NCBI GenBank assembly: GCA_965277715.1
Contig: OZ255836.1
Span: 3,872,001-3,936,000, forward strand
DNA: 64,000 nucleotides
Direction of reading: 5' to 3'
Origin: Gammaproteobacteria bacterium
GTDB lineage: Bacteria; Pseudomonadota; Gammaproteobacteria; JBCCGL01
Part shown: positions 29,909 through 38,454 of the stretch, piece by piece
Numbering within the stretch: the first letter of the stretch is position 1
How the letters are laid out: every line of letters starts with the position of its first letter
Position numbers and translations under genes: made by a program
Notes under the pieces: generated by a model
The model's input: the letters and a program-made list of their open reading frames with translations, nothing else
Databases searched by the model: none
What the model was told of the DNA's origin: nothing

Positions 29909-30166
29909 TTAGGCGTTAACCACACTCACAAATTTCCGGTTTTTAGGGCCACGGGTGTGGAATTTTACTACACCATCTGATTTGGCAAATAAGGTGTGGT
30001 CTTTGCCGCAACCTACGTTGTCACCGGGGTGAAAACGTGTGCCACGTTGGCGCACGATGATGTTGCCTGCGATGATCGCCTGACCACCAAACAATTTTAC
30101 GCCAAGACGTTTGGATTCTGAATCGCGACCATTGCGTGTACTGCCGCCTGCTTTTTTATGTGCCAT
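29909..30166 (-). CDS. rpmA: 50S ribosomal protein L27
   Basis: [16 protein letters not shown]. Confidence 0.99.
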   Translation of the reverse strand: MAHKKAGGSTRNGRDSESKRLGVKLFGGQAIIAGNIIVRQRGTRFHPGDNVGCGKDHTLFAKSDGVVKFHTRGPKNRKFVSVVNA

Positions 30167-30267
30167 TGTTAATTCCTCATTCAGGTTGTGCCCAGCGCCT
30201 AGAAGTAGAATGCCTAAATACAGTGTTTAGGTCGGTAGGCGCGAGAACGGAATGTTATGTGTGTTGA

Positions 30268-30579
30268 TTAAGCACTGATGCCGGTAATTTCAAGCTCAGT
30301 GTAGTTTTGACGGTGACCCGCCTGGCGACGGTAGTGTTTGCGACGGCGGAATTTTATGATCTCCACTTTTTTGCCCCGGCCATGTGATGTTACGCTGGCA
30401 GAGACGCTGGCGCCTTCGATCATGGGGGTGCCAACGGTGACCTTGTCGCCGTCTGAAATCATCAGCACTTCACCAAGTTCGATTGCATCGCCTTCGGCGG
30501 CACTCAGGGTTTCAACGCGCAATTTGTCGCCTTTTGCGACCCGGTACTGCTTGCCGCCAGTTTTGACTACCGCGTACAT
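30268..30579 (-). CDS. rplU: 50S ribosomal protein L21
   Basis: [14 protein letters not shown]...GHRQNYT. Confidence 0.99.
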   Translation of the reverse strand: MYAVVKTGGKQYRVAKGDKLRVETLSAAEGDAIELGEVLMISDGDKVTVGTPMIEGASVSASVTSHGRGKKVEIIKFRRRKHYRRQAGHRQNYTELEITGISA

Positions 30580-30732
30580 GATGACTCTCTCCACACTCAA
30601 TTAATTCGGTGCCAGGTACGCTGTTTATCGCCCCAACAAAAAACGGCGAATTCTAACCGCTACAGTGATTGTCAGTCAATCACCGTTTCGCAAATACAGG
30701 GGTTCCTGCAGGGATAAATTTGCTCATTTCTA

Positions 30733-31029
30733 TCAGCCCAGTACCACTGGTTCACTTTTAAACGCCACCATTTCTCCCAAAGTCTGTTGGAAAAAACGGT
30801 TGTACAAAAATGCCAGCGCATTCAGCGCCACCTGCTGCGTGCCAATAGTAACCGTGTGGTTGATGGCCAAGTGCGACAAAAAACGAACGACATCTCGCTC
30901 CCCATTTCCTGATGGTGCCGGTTGTGGTGGAAATGAATGTAGGAGCGAATTCAGGTGATAGTAAGCCGAGATTGTGCGCTTACTGTAGCTGCGCCAACAT
31001 GAACTCGTAAATAAACTGCAAAAAAGGCG
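30733..31029 (-). pseudogene. intI: Integron integrase N-terminal fragment (frameshifted and truncated)
   Basis: Joined across frames: (M)YKPPFLQFIYEFML / YSKRTISAY / *IRSYIHFHHNRHHQEMG / ERDVVRFLSHLAI...TQQVALNALAFLY. No catalytic domain. Divergent from the cassette array. The GTG start is at about 31039. Confidence 0.85.
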
Positions 31030-31261
31030 GTTTGTACACGTATAAATTCTTGTAAAGCGGAGAGTGCTATATGACAATCTAAAGCCGAAGATTTAGGGAG
31101 TCGTTCCAGCACTTTTTTGTCTGTTATTTGCGATTTTTGTAGGTTTTTGTCATGTTAATCAATATTTTAGTCTGTTTTTATGAACTCAGTCTCCCGAAAT
31201 TATCGCGATTCCACATAATATTGTTATCGAGGATTCGTTCCTTGATAATAGGCTGTTAGGC
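31006..31261 (+). promoter_or_regulatory. Integron promoter region and attI, copy 1 (crossover at GTTAGGC 31255)
   Basis: Identity to 33507-33759 stops just after GTT. GTTAGGC is complementary to GCCTAAC of the first attC. Confidence 0.85.
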
Positions 31262-31281
31262 AACACAAAGGAAAATATCTC

Positions 31282-31671
31282 ATGAAATTAAAGCACCTCG
31301 CATCAATACTTTTCTTGATCCCAGCAATCACACTCGCGGGCAATCAGGAAGCAGAAATCCGACAAAGCCTAGAAATGTGGGAGCCGAAAAAAATTGAAGT
31401 GAAGAATAGTGTACTATCTATTATCACCAAAGAGCGAAGAGTTACCGACACTATTTACCAAGCAATTATAAGAGCTGGCGTATGTATGGGGACAATTTCG
31501 CGTAAAAAAAGCCTAGTAGATATATCTGAGATTCGGGTGCTAAATCAATTTGGTCATCAAGGTTACGTTTTCGAAGGTGGTATCTCAGAGTGCAACGAAA
31601 TAGTTAAGATGACTGGAAGCAAAACCAAGATATACATTCTTGGTCGCACGCATATGCATACAAATCAATAA
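31282..31671 (+). CDS. Cassette 1: secreted hypothetical protein
   Basis: Signal peptide; located between attI and the first attC. Confidence 0.8.
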   Translation: MKLKHLASILFLIPAITLAGNQEAEIRQSLEMWEPKKIEVKNSVLSIITKERRVTDTIYQAIIRAGVCMGTISRKKSLVDISEIRVLNQFGHQGYVFEGGISECNEIVKMTGSKTKIYILGRTHMHTNQ

Positions 31672-31676
31672 TGCAT

Positions 31677-31757
31677 GCCTAACAAAGCAAATCACAATCG
31701 CCCACAAAAAGCGTGGGCTGGACTCGCTAACGCTCGCCTGTGTTTGCGGCGTTAGAT
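31677..31757 (+). other. attC site
   Basis: GCCTAAC...GTTAGAT imperfect palindrome. Confidence 0.9.
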
Positions 31758-32019
31758 GCTTGTGAAAATTATTGAGATTATCGGATGGCGAGAAAATAGT
31801 ATTGACTATACCGGGTGGGCCGAGCACAAGAACACAGAACTAAAAAAACGACTACGCAAATCAATGAATAGTTCACCTGGAGAAATAAAAGAAATAGTTC
31901 GAAAAATAAAAGCAAAAGACTGCTTTTTACTTCCTTCCGTTAGAGAAACAGAAATAGAAGGAGTAACTCAATTACTGCACGCGATGGGTGCAGATTTGAA
32001 AGTAAAAGAAAATGAATGA
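31756..32019 (+). CDS. Cassette 2: hypothetical protein
   Basis: Bounded by GTTAGAT and ATCTAAC. Confidence 0.7.
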   Translation: MLVKIIEIIGWRENSIDYTGWAEHKNTELKKRLRKSMNSSPGEIKEIVRKIKAKDCFLLPSVRETEIEGVTQLLHAMGADLKVKENE

Positions 32020-32037
32020 AGTAAGATTCAAGTACGC

Positions 32038-32109
32038 ATCTAACAAGCGCATGCAGCCGGACTTCGGCAAACTGACGCTTGCCTCAGCCGCTGATGCGGG
32101 GCGTTAGCA
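32038..32109 (+). other. attC site
   Basis: ATCTAAC...GTTAGCA. Confidence 0.9.
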
Positions 32110-32114
32110 ATCTT

Positions 32115-32591
32115 ATGAATCGACGCAAGCTATTAGCAACATTAACTGGTTTAACTTTGATTGGTGGCCTTATTTTGGCGGCAACCCCGTTCGTGGGTTC
32201 TCTGAGTCCAAATAAAGTTGCAAAAAGTAACGCAAAAGTAAGGGTGAAAATTACTGACATCCCTGAAATTGGTGCTTTCGAAGTTGATTACCGGTGGTAC
32301 AAGGCTTTAGTCGTAAAAAAACCGGAAATGGCAGTCTTCCTAATGCCATATTACGACAACGCATACCGCTTGCCTGATCCAACATGGGAAAGGCCGTTTG
32401 TTCCGTGCCATAACTTCATTACCGATGAGAAAGGTTTTTCCTGCAAAGATCCAAGTTTGCATGAAAGCTGGAATGCGCAAGCAACATGGGATTTCACGGG
32501 CAAAACTAAAGGAACCTGGATGCCAAACCTGCGACAAGCTAAATTTATAATAGAAGGTAAGCATCTTGTTCTTAGCCCGGAGTACAACTAA
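32115..32591 (+). CDS. Cassette 3: Tat-signal protein resembling the Rieske PetA scaffold, without canonical cluster ligands
   Basis: MNRRKLL..TM..ATPFVGSLSP, followed by WDFTGK...PNL. Confidence 0.65.
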   Translation: MNRRKLLATLTGLTLIGGLILAATPFVGSLSPNKVAKSNAKVRVKITDIPEIGAFEVDYRWYKALVVKKPEMAVFLMPYYDNAYRLPDPTWERPFVPCHNFITDEKGFSCKDPSLHESWNAQATWDFTGKTKGTWMPNLRQAKFIIEGKHLVLSPEYN

Positions 32592-32592
32592 T

Positions 32593-32703
32593 TGCTAACA
32601 AAGCAGTCAAATTGACAGCTTTTCCGTCACTTGTTTATGTGGCGGTCGCTACGCTGCCACAACACAATCAACTACAAAGCTGCAATTTACTGCGGCGTTA
32701 GGC
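32593..32703 (+). other. attC site
   Basis: TGCTAAC...GTTAGGC. Confidence 0.9.
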
Positions 32704-32713
32704 ATAAAGACTG

Positions 32714-33091
32714 ATGGGACTATTCAACAAAAAAAATCCTGAAACAGATTGGGATCTAGAACATCTTACTGATCAACAACTACATGATCTTCCGCTGTTC
32801 GAACTTCAGAGGATCCGAAACAAGCGATGGGCGCATGGCCTTGATGAGTTGCAGAAAAGAGCAGAGGACGAGTTAAAGCGCAGAGACCCACGAGAAAACT
32901 GGGAATGCCTTAGATGTGGCAATAAAGCATACCACCAAAAAGAAATACGTGTATCCGGTGGTTTAACATCGTCATGGCTGAACCTTGAAACAGAAAAATA
33001 TCACGCGCTAATCTGTAATTATTGCGGAAAAACAGAATTTTATAGTGTGCTAAGAGGCGGTTCTTTAACATTAGACTTTTTGGGGGGTTAA
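32714..33091 (+). CDS. Cassette 4: zinc-ribbon protein (DUF2082-like C-terminus)
   Basis: CLRCG...CNYCGKTEFY. Confidence 0.75.
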   Translation: MGLFNKKNPETDWDLEHLTDQQLHDLPLFELQRIRNKRWAHGLDELQKRAEDELKRRDPRENWECLRCGNKAYHQKEIRVSGGLTSSWLNLETEKYHALICNYCGKTEFYSVLRGGSLTLDFLGG

Positions 33092-33092
33092 T

Positions 33093-33164
33093 GCCTAACA
33101 AAGCAAATCACCTGGATAAAATTTCCGCTGCGCTCCAATTTTCCCAATGTTTGCGGCGTTAGGA
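33093..33164 (+). other. attC site
   Basis: GCCTAAC...GTTAGGA. The next cassette (MTDDSINSIDQAIEKR...) is cut at ~33230. Confidence 0.9.
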
Positions 33165-33229
33165 CTTAAGGAGAAATCAACAGATGACGGATGATTCAAT
33201 AAATAGCATTGATCAAGCAATTGAAAAAC

Positions 33230-33479
33230 GGATAATAGGACAGGCACTATATAGATAAGTGCAAAGATACCCCGAAAATCGAAAACGGTACCCAGGATAG
33301 CCAAACCTGTGTTTTTTCACCTATTTGAAAGATATTCGGTGTAATGATCTAACTATTGAGCCTTGTTTTAATGAAAAACATTTTTTCAGGCAAAACAAAA
33401 ATAACCCATTATTAGTGAGTTGGGAAAATCCAGAAAATTGGAAGAGTAAAGCGGTTGAATGACTATCCGGTATCAGCAG
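33230..33479. mobile_element. Duplicated 3' end of the Y1 transposase element
   Basis: 250 bp near-identical to 35201-35450 (about 4 mismatches), including the last codons of the transposase. Confidence 0.9.
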
Positions 33480-33506
33480 GGATCATTCAGGACAGGCACT
33501 GATGGA

Positions 33507-33762
33507 CGTAAATAGACTGCAAAAAGGGCGGTTTGTACACGTATAAATTCTTGTAAAGCGGAGAGTGCTATATGACAATCTAAAGCCGAAGATTTAGGGA
33601 GTCGTTCCAGCACTTTTTTGTCTGTTATTTGCGATTTTTGTAGGTTTTTGTCATGTTAATCAATATTTTAGTCTGTTTTTATGAACTCAGTCTCCCGAAA
33701 TTATCGCGATTCCACATAATATTGTTATCGAGGATTCGTTCCTTGATAATAGGCTGTTATGT
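33507..33762 (+). promoter_or_regulatory. Integron promoter region and attI, copy 2 (crossover at GTTATGT 33756)
   Basis: 253-bp copy of 31006-31258, including the first ~11 intI codons. Confidence 0.85.
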
Positions 33763-33790
33763 GAAATTCAAATAGATGGAGTCATAAATT

Positions 33791-34516
33791 TTGACAGAAG
33801 ATGAACTTAAATCTCTGATTTATCTATCCAGCATCCCTATCAAGAGTATTGGGTATGACAAGATGCCTACTGGAATTGCATCATCTTGCATAATTGAATA
33901 TTCGAACAAGCACATTCTTCTAACAGTTCAACATGCAACTGGAGATATGAAAAATTGGTGCCTTGAGCTTAAATATGAAAAAGGAAAGGGAGTTCAAGTA
34001 AAGCCATTGGGAGCAATGAACTTCCTTTCATCTATTAACGTACAAAACGGTGAGTCTAAAGATATTGACTTTTCATATGTTGAAATTGACAAGGCACTAA
34101 TACCCTACTGGCAAGAAATTGATCCAAAGTCTGGCGATGTACTAAACGAAGCTCCGAGGTTAATGAGTAATATTGACTTCGACTTACTGCCCACTGAAGG
34201 TGAATTTTACGGGTTTTCAGGCCAAGTTATGCCTGAGTGTGTTGGCAATGCACTTTATACAGAGTATAAAATATACACCGGATTGAAATACGTTGGAGAT
34301 GAAGGGGAATATTATAAATTTGAACTTCCTGATGCACACCCAGGGCATGAGCACTTCAAAGGATGCAGCGGTGGCCCAATAATTGATACTCAAGGGCGAG
34401 TAGTTGCATTGGTTTGTAAGGGAGATATAGCTAGTAATATTGTGTATGGCATCTCTTTAAAACGCTATGAAATTGTACTTAATGTGACTTATGGCGAATT
34501 ATCAGAGATCACATAA
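33791..34516 (+). CDS. Cassette: trypsin-like serine protease
   Basis: LLTVQHA, DIDFS and GCSGGP triad motifs; no signal peptide. Confidence 0.75.
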   Translation: MTEDELKSLIYLSSIPIKSIGYDKMPTGIASSCIIEYSNKHILLTVQHATGDMKNWCLELKYEKGKGVQVKPLGAMNFLSSINVQNGESKDIDFSYVEIDKALIPYWQEIDPKSGDVLNEAPRLMSNIDFDLLPTEGEFYGFSGQVMPECVGNALYTEYKIYTGLKYVGDEGEYYKFELPDAHPGHEHFKGCSGGPIIDTQGRVVALVCKGDIASNIVYGISLKRYEIVLNVTYGELSEIT

Positions 34517-34614
34517 CAAGCGCCTGCAATCTGACCTCCGGCCACTGTCACCTTTTGTGCAAAAACCGCACAAAAGGCGCCAGTAACCTCCGGCAGTTGA
34601 GGCGGGCGTTATAT
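34511..34614 (+). other. attC site
   Basis: ACATAAC...GTTATAT. Confidence 0.9.
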
Positions 34615-34663
34615 TCGATATGGAATGCCACCAAAGTAGTCTCCGACGGCACTAAGGCTTAGT

Positions 34664-34990
34664 TCATTTGCTTACGTTAGAACCCATTGATTTATCGGTA
34701 ATTGTTTTTACAACATAAGTATAGGGGCCGTTAATTGGTTTTTCTGCAATCCATGCACAATACCATCCTGTGCCCCAATTCAGGCCAGTATTCCAGGTGT
34801 TGTTTGATGAGCTAGTATCCCAACACCAAGCTTTGGTTTCGTTTTGTGGGTTTGACGGGAAATCACTTTCATTGTAAACACGTAATTGGCCTTGCTGAGC
34901 TCTAAAGGGCGAGTTAGTGTCCCATTTAAGCCAAAGATTGCCTTGATCTTCATATGCTTCCAATGTCCAAGAAAATTTGTTAGTTGCCAT
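34664..34990 (-). CDS. Cassette: Trp-rich hypothetical protein, antisense to the array
   Basis: GGAG RBS upstream; 108 aa. Confidence 0.7.
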   Translation of the reverse strand: MATNKFSWTLEAYEDQGNLWLKWDTNSPFRAQQGQLRVYNESDFPSNPQNETKAWCWDTSSSNNTWNTGLNWGTGWYCAWIAEKPINGPYTYVVKTITDKSMGSNVSK

Positions 34991-35130
34991 TGTTATTTCT
35001 CCAATTTCGTAAATAAAAAATGTGTGTGTTTAGCCTATAACAAAATGCTTTTGCTACAGAACAAATTGAATTATAAAGCGATTACCCCGTTGAAGATATT
35101 ACATGGCATTACACCTTAATCTTGCTTCCA

Positions 35131-35200
35131 ATATAGCAATCGGCTGCTGTCGGACTATCAAAAGTTCCGGCTTCGCCTCCACTTTTTCCAGCCGCAGCAG
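35131..35200 (+). other. attC truncated by the Y1 element
   Basis: ATATAGCaatcggctgc...gccgcag is a one-mismatch complement of GTTATAT at 34608. The right end is missing. Confidence 0.6.
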
Positions 35201-35208
35201 GGATAATA

Positions 35209-36476
35209 GGACAGGCACTATATAGATAAGTGTAAAGATACTCCGAAAATCGAAAACGGTACCCAGGATAGCCAAACCTGTGTTTTTTCACCTATTTGAA
35301 AGATATTCGGTGTAATGATCTAACTATTGAGCCTTGTTTTAGTGAAAAACATTTTTTCAGGCAAAACAAAAATAACCCATTATTAGTGAGTTGAGAAAAT
35401 CCAGAAAATTGGAAGAGTAAAGCGGTTGAATGACTATCCGGTATCAGCAGCAATTACCCTGTGAGATAATGCCTTCCAATAACGTGATTCAAAGTGTTGG
35501 GTGTTGTTTAACCAGTTCTCTTTGTCAATGTTGAGTCGTTGCAATATTGGCGGCAGGTCTTGAGCAATATACCCCCGCTTGTCTTGCCGAATGGCTCTGC
35601 CCGTCCAGTCAACCAAAGTCAGATAGTCAGTAAAATTTAGCGGGATGCCGGTAGATGTGTCGTTAATGGTCTCGGAGAAATGCAGAAGTGGTTTTAATGG
35701 GGCATTGAACTGCTGTAGTTCTTCACCAGTGATTTGTTGTTGGACAGCCTGTCTGAGATTGAACTGGGGAGTGATACGCTCCTGAATACTGGTGTAATCG
35801 GCATTCTCGGGTTTGTCGGCGATACCAGCACGGACAGGGTTGAGGTCAACATAGACCATATTGGCCAATAAGGCTTCATCAGAGCGCAGTGCCTGTGATT
35901 TAAATCGGGCCTCCCAGAAATGGCCAGTGCACTCGTCTTCTTTGTTGGCCCGCCGGGCAATGGGTTCGTTAAGGCACTTCATAAACCAGCTTAAGCTGCT
36001 CAGACGTTGGCGCCAGGCGGTGACAATATCGCCAACGGCGTGATATTCAACGGTACTGAGGGTTTCCCCCGCCTGCATTTTTTGCACCAACAGGGAGCCT
36101 TTGTGCAGGCTTAACCAGCGGTTGATAACTTCCTGGTCAGTTAGTGTATCGATTTGTTCTGGGTTGAGTTTAACGGTGAGGTGGTAATGATTGCTCATGA
36201 TGGCGTAGGCGCACAGGTCAACGGCAAAGAGCGATGAGAGCAGCCGGATGCGGTCGACAATCCATTGCCGACGATGCTCATAGTCGCGTTGGGTCAGTGG
36301 ATCCAGTCCGCAGAGAAAGGTGCGCCGTACACAGCGCGATACGATGTGGTAGTAGGGGGTGTCTGATAGTGAGATTTGGTCTTTGCGGGGGCGGGTCATG
36401 GTCAGTTCCTTTAACGTTGGCTGGACGCCATCCTAAAAGAGAGTAAGGCTATCTGTCAATTATTTGATGCCTGTCC
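35209..36476 (-). mobile_element. Y1/HUH (RAYT-like) transposase element with short inverted ends
   Basis: GGACAGGCA (35209) and TGCCTGTCC (36468) flank the transposase gene. Confidence 0.7.
35434..36399 (-). CDS. Y1 HUH transposase (RAYT / IS200-like superfamily)
   Basis: YYHIVSRCVRR, MSNHYHL (HUH), GHFWEARFKS and YVDLNPVRAG motifs. Confidence 0.9.
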   Translation of the reverse strand: MTRPRKDQISLSDTPYYHIVSRCVRRTFLCGLDPLTQRDYEHRRQWIVDRIRLLSSLFAVDLCAYAIMSNHYHLTVKLNPEQIDTLTDQEVINRWLSLHKGSLLVQKMQAGETLSTVEYHAVGDIVTAWRQRLSSLSWFMKCLNEPIARRANKEDECTGHFWEARFKSQALRSDEALLANMVYVDLNPVRAGIADKPENADYTSIQERITPQFNLRQAVQQQITGEELQQFNAPLKPLLHFSETINDTSTGIPLNFTDYLTLVDWTGRAIRQDKRGYIAQDLPPILQRLNIDKENWLNNTQHFESRYWKALSHRVIAADTG

Positions 36477-36872
36477 CAGAAGCTCCAGAAGCTTTGAGTC
36501 ACTCAAGCATGATCAGTTATTGACAGCCCGAGCTTGGGCGATAAAAGAACTGTTTCGTGATTTTTGGACGTATAAGACAGCGGGTTGGGCAAAGCGTTTC
36601 TTTAGCGCATGGTATGCGTGGGCAATTCGGTGCCGATTGGACAGCATAAAGAAAGTGGCCAAGATGATAAAAACGCACATGCCGAACATATTGACATGGT
36701 TTAAGCACACAATAAGTAATGCCGTGTCAGAGGGTTTGAATTCAAAAATTCAGACGGTCAAATCGAATGCAAGAGGGTTTCGTTCGTTTGAAAGCTACCG
36801 GCGGAGTATTTTGTTTTACTGCGGAAAGCTGGATATGGAACCAGTGGCTTCACAATAATCGGGGAAGAACCC
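36477..36872 (+). mobile_element. ISL3-family transposase C-terminal remnant with right end
   Basis: ISNAVSEGLNSKIQ...ARGFRSF. Ends in gaagaaccc and is followed by the right half of an attC (GTTAGCA 36897). Confidence 0.85.
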
Positions 36873-36923
36873 ATAATTTGGGCAGGTTACAGCGACGTTA
36901 GCACAAATCAAATCGGAGTATTT

Positions 36924-37280
36924 ATGAAGAGCACCCTAATTTTATTAATATCTTTGTTTTTACCTTTGAATGTCATCGCCGAATGTCTTTTCCTTGAAAA
37001 TCAAACAGAAATCAAAGAAGTTTCAGCACTTAGAAATCAAGCAAATCTTGTCTTCGATGCAGAGGGAGAAAACTGTGAATCTATCACGGACAGAGATACA
37101 CGTAGTTCTTGTCAATGTAAGTATCGAAAAGAACCCTTAATCAAATTCAAAAAGCAATATGATGAGGTTCTTAGTAAAAAGCCAGAATATAGCGAAAGAA
37201 TGGTATGTTATGCTGATAATAACGGAGGAATTTCAGTGAACTTTATTGCTTACAAGCACATGGTTACCTGGTGTATTTAG
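36924..37280 (+). CDS. Cassette: secreted Cys-containing hypothetical protein
   Basis: Signal peptide. Bounded by GTTAGCA and TGCTAAC (37281); the attC is truncated. Confidence 0.75.
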   Translation: MKSTLILLISLFLPLNVIAECLFLENQTEIKEVSALRNQANLVFDAEGENCESITDRDTRSSCQCKYRKEPLIKFKKQYDEVLSKKPEYSERMVCYADNNGGISVNFIAYKHMVTWCI

Positions 37281-37384
37281 TGCTAACAAGTCAATCAACT
37301 ACACGCCTTTCAATTAAGTGGCGAGCGATGAGCAGAGAGGGATATCGTTGCATTGCCCTATCCGAAATCAATCGACTCGACTGG

Positions 37385-37510
37385 GCCTAACAATGAGCTG
37401 CAGCGGACGGCTAACCCTTTGTTTGATTTAAGTCTAGTAGTCAATTTTAAATGCTGTGGTATGGTTTGAGTCTCTGGAAGGATTAGCCGCCGCTGAGCTG
37501 GGCGTTAGCT
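37385..37510 (+). other. attC site
   Basis: GCCTAAC..gagctgcagcggacggctaa...ttagccgccgctgagct..GTTAGCT. Confidence 0.9.
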
Positions 37511-37653
37511 TCCAATTTTGGCACCTGTATTATTTTGTATAACTCCCTGTAATATCGTGTAATGTTCTTTTGGTTAATTTTTGCTAGCTTTAATTTACTG
37601 TCTTCTTGGCAGTAATATTTTAGTTAACTTACAGAATATTATTGGAGGCAAGC

Positions 37654-38304
37654 GTGAATAAAGTATTTGATAAAGTAAAAAACACCACAACATTTATTGT
37701 TAATAATAGAGAACTAAAAATCCCAGGGGTGGGAAATGCAAATCAAGGCCGTCTGACCTCGAAGGTGACCCATGATTTTCCATTTAGCATTGAGCTTCTT
37801 GCGCCAATGATGATAGTTGGGTATCCGACTTACAGTGAATACAAAGATGGCGCTTGTGATCTTTTTAAGCCGTCCACATTACTTGGTGGTTACAAATATC
37901 AACGAAGTTACAGATTTTCAAACGGGGCTACATTTTCAAGCTTCCACAATATCAACTTTGATACGGAAAAAAACTCTTTAGCAGGGAATTTTAGCACAAA
38001 GAATTTCCCGGAAGATGCCCTTAAAGGCGACTGGAGTGTTTGTGATTTTATTGAGACATTCATTCCTCATGCTCCAGGCATTATTAAGAGTATTATGGCA
38101 GTACAGTGGAAAGATGGAGATAAGACTCTGCAAGCAATAATTGAATCGGAATATTACTTCAATCATAATAAGGAGCTTCCTTGCCTCCATTGGCGGCATG
38201 TTAAATTTGCTAACGAACACGATGGTAAAAACTATACTCAGTCGGAAAAGCTAACGGTTTTTAATAACCTTGAATTTGGTGAGCCAACAAACCAGTTTAA
38301 ATAA
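37654..38304 (+). CDS. Cassette: GFP-fold protein with an Ile-Val-Gly tripeptide
   Basis: GGAGG RBS and GTG start. GFP-family motifs in order: VNN..GVG..QGRL, PFS..LL, G...YSEY..DLFK, GYKYQR..F, NFPED, LP..H, QSE. Bounded by GTTAGCT and AGCTAAC (38304). Confidence 0.8.
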   Translation: MNKVFDKVKNTTTFIVNNRELKIPGVGNANQGRLTSKVTHDFPFSIELLAPMMIVGYPTYSEYKDGACDLFKPSTLLGGYKYQRSYRFSNGATFSSFHNINFDTEKNSLAGNFSTKNFPEDALKGDWSVCDFIETFIPHAPGIIKSIMAVQWKDGDKTLQAIIESEYYFNHNKELPCLHWRHVKFANEHDGKNYTQSEKLTVFNNLEFGEPTNQFK

Positions 38305-38454
38305 GCTAACAATACGCTCTACCCGACGCCAAATGTTTTTTTACAGGCCAATAATAATTAATTTTCATATGGTGCGCTAGCTTGCCTATGTTTTTCTGCG
38401 AAAGCACCAATACCTCGTGAGCTGTAAACTACAGATAAATATAGGATCAAACAC

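Noticed and set aside
31172-31187. LexA box in the intI promoter (ctgtttttatgaactc)
   Set aside because: The right half does not match ACAG and the site is far from the intI start, so it cannot be supported.
37819-37827. G-Y-P as the chromophore tripeptide of the GFP-like protein
   Set aside because: The register from the conserved Tyr74 puts this Gly at position 67, so the Tyr is at 68. A chromophore also needs X-Y-G.
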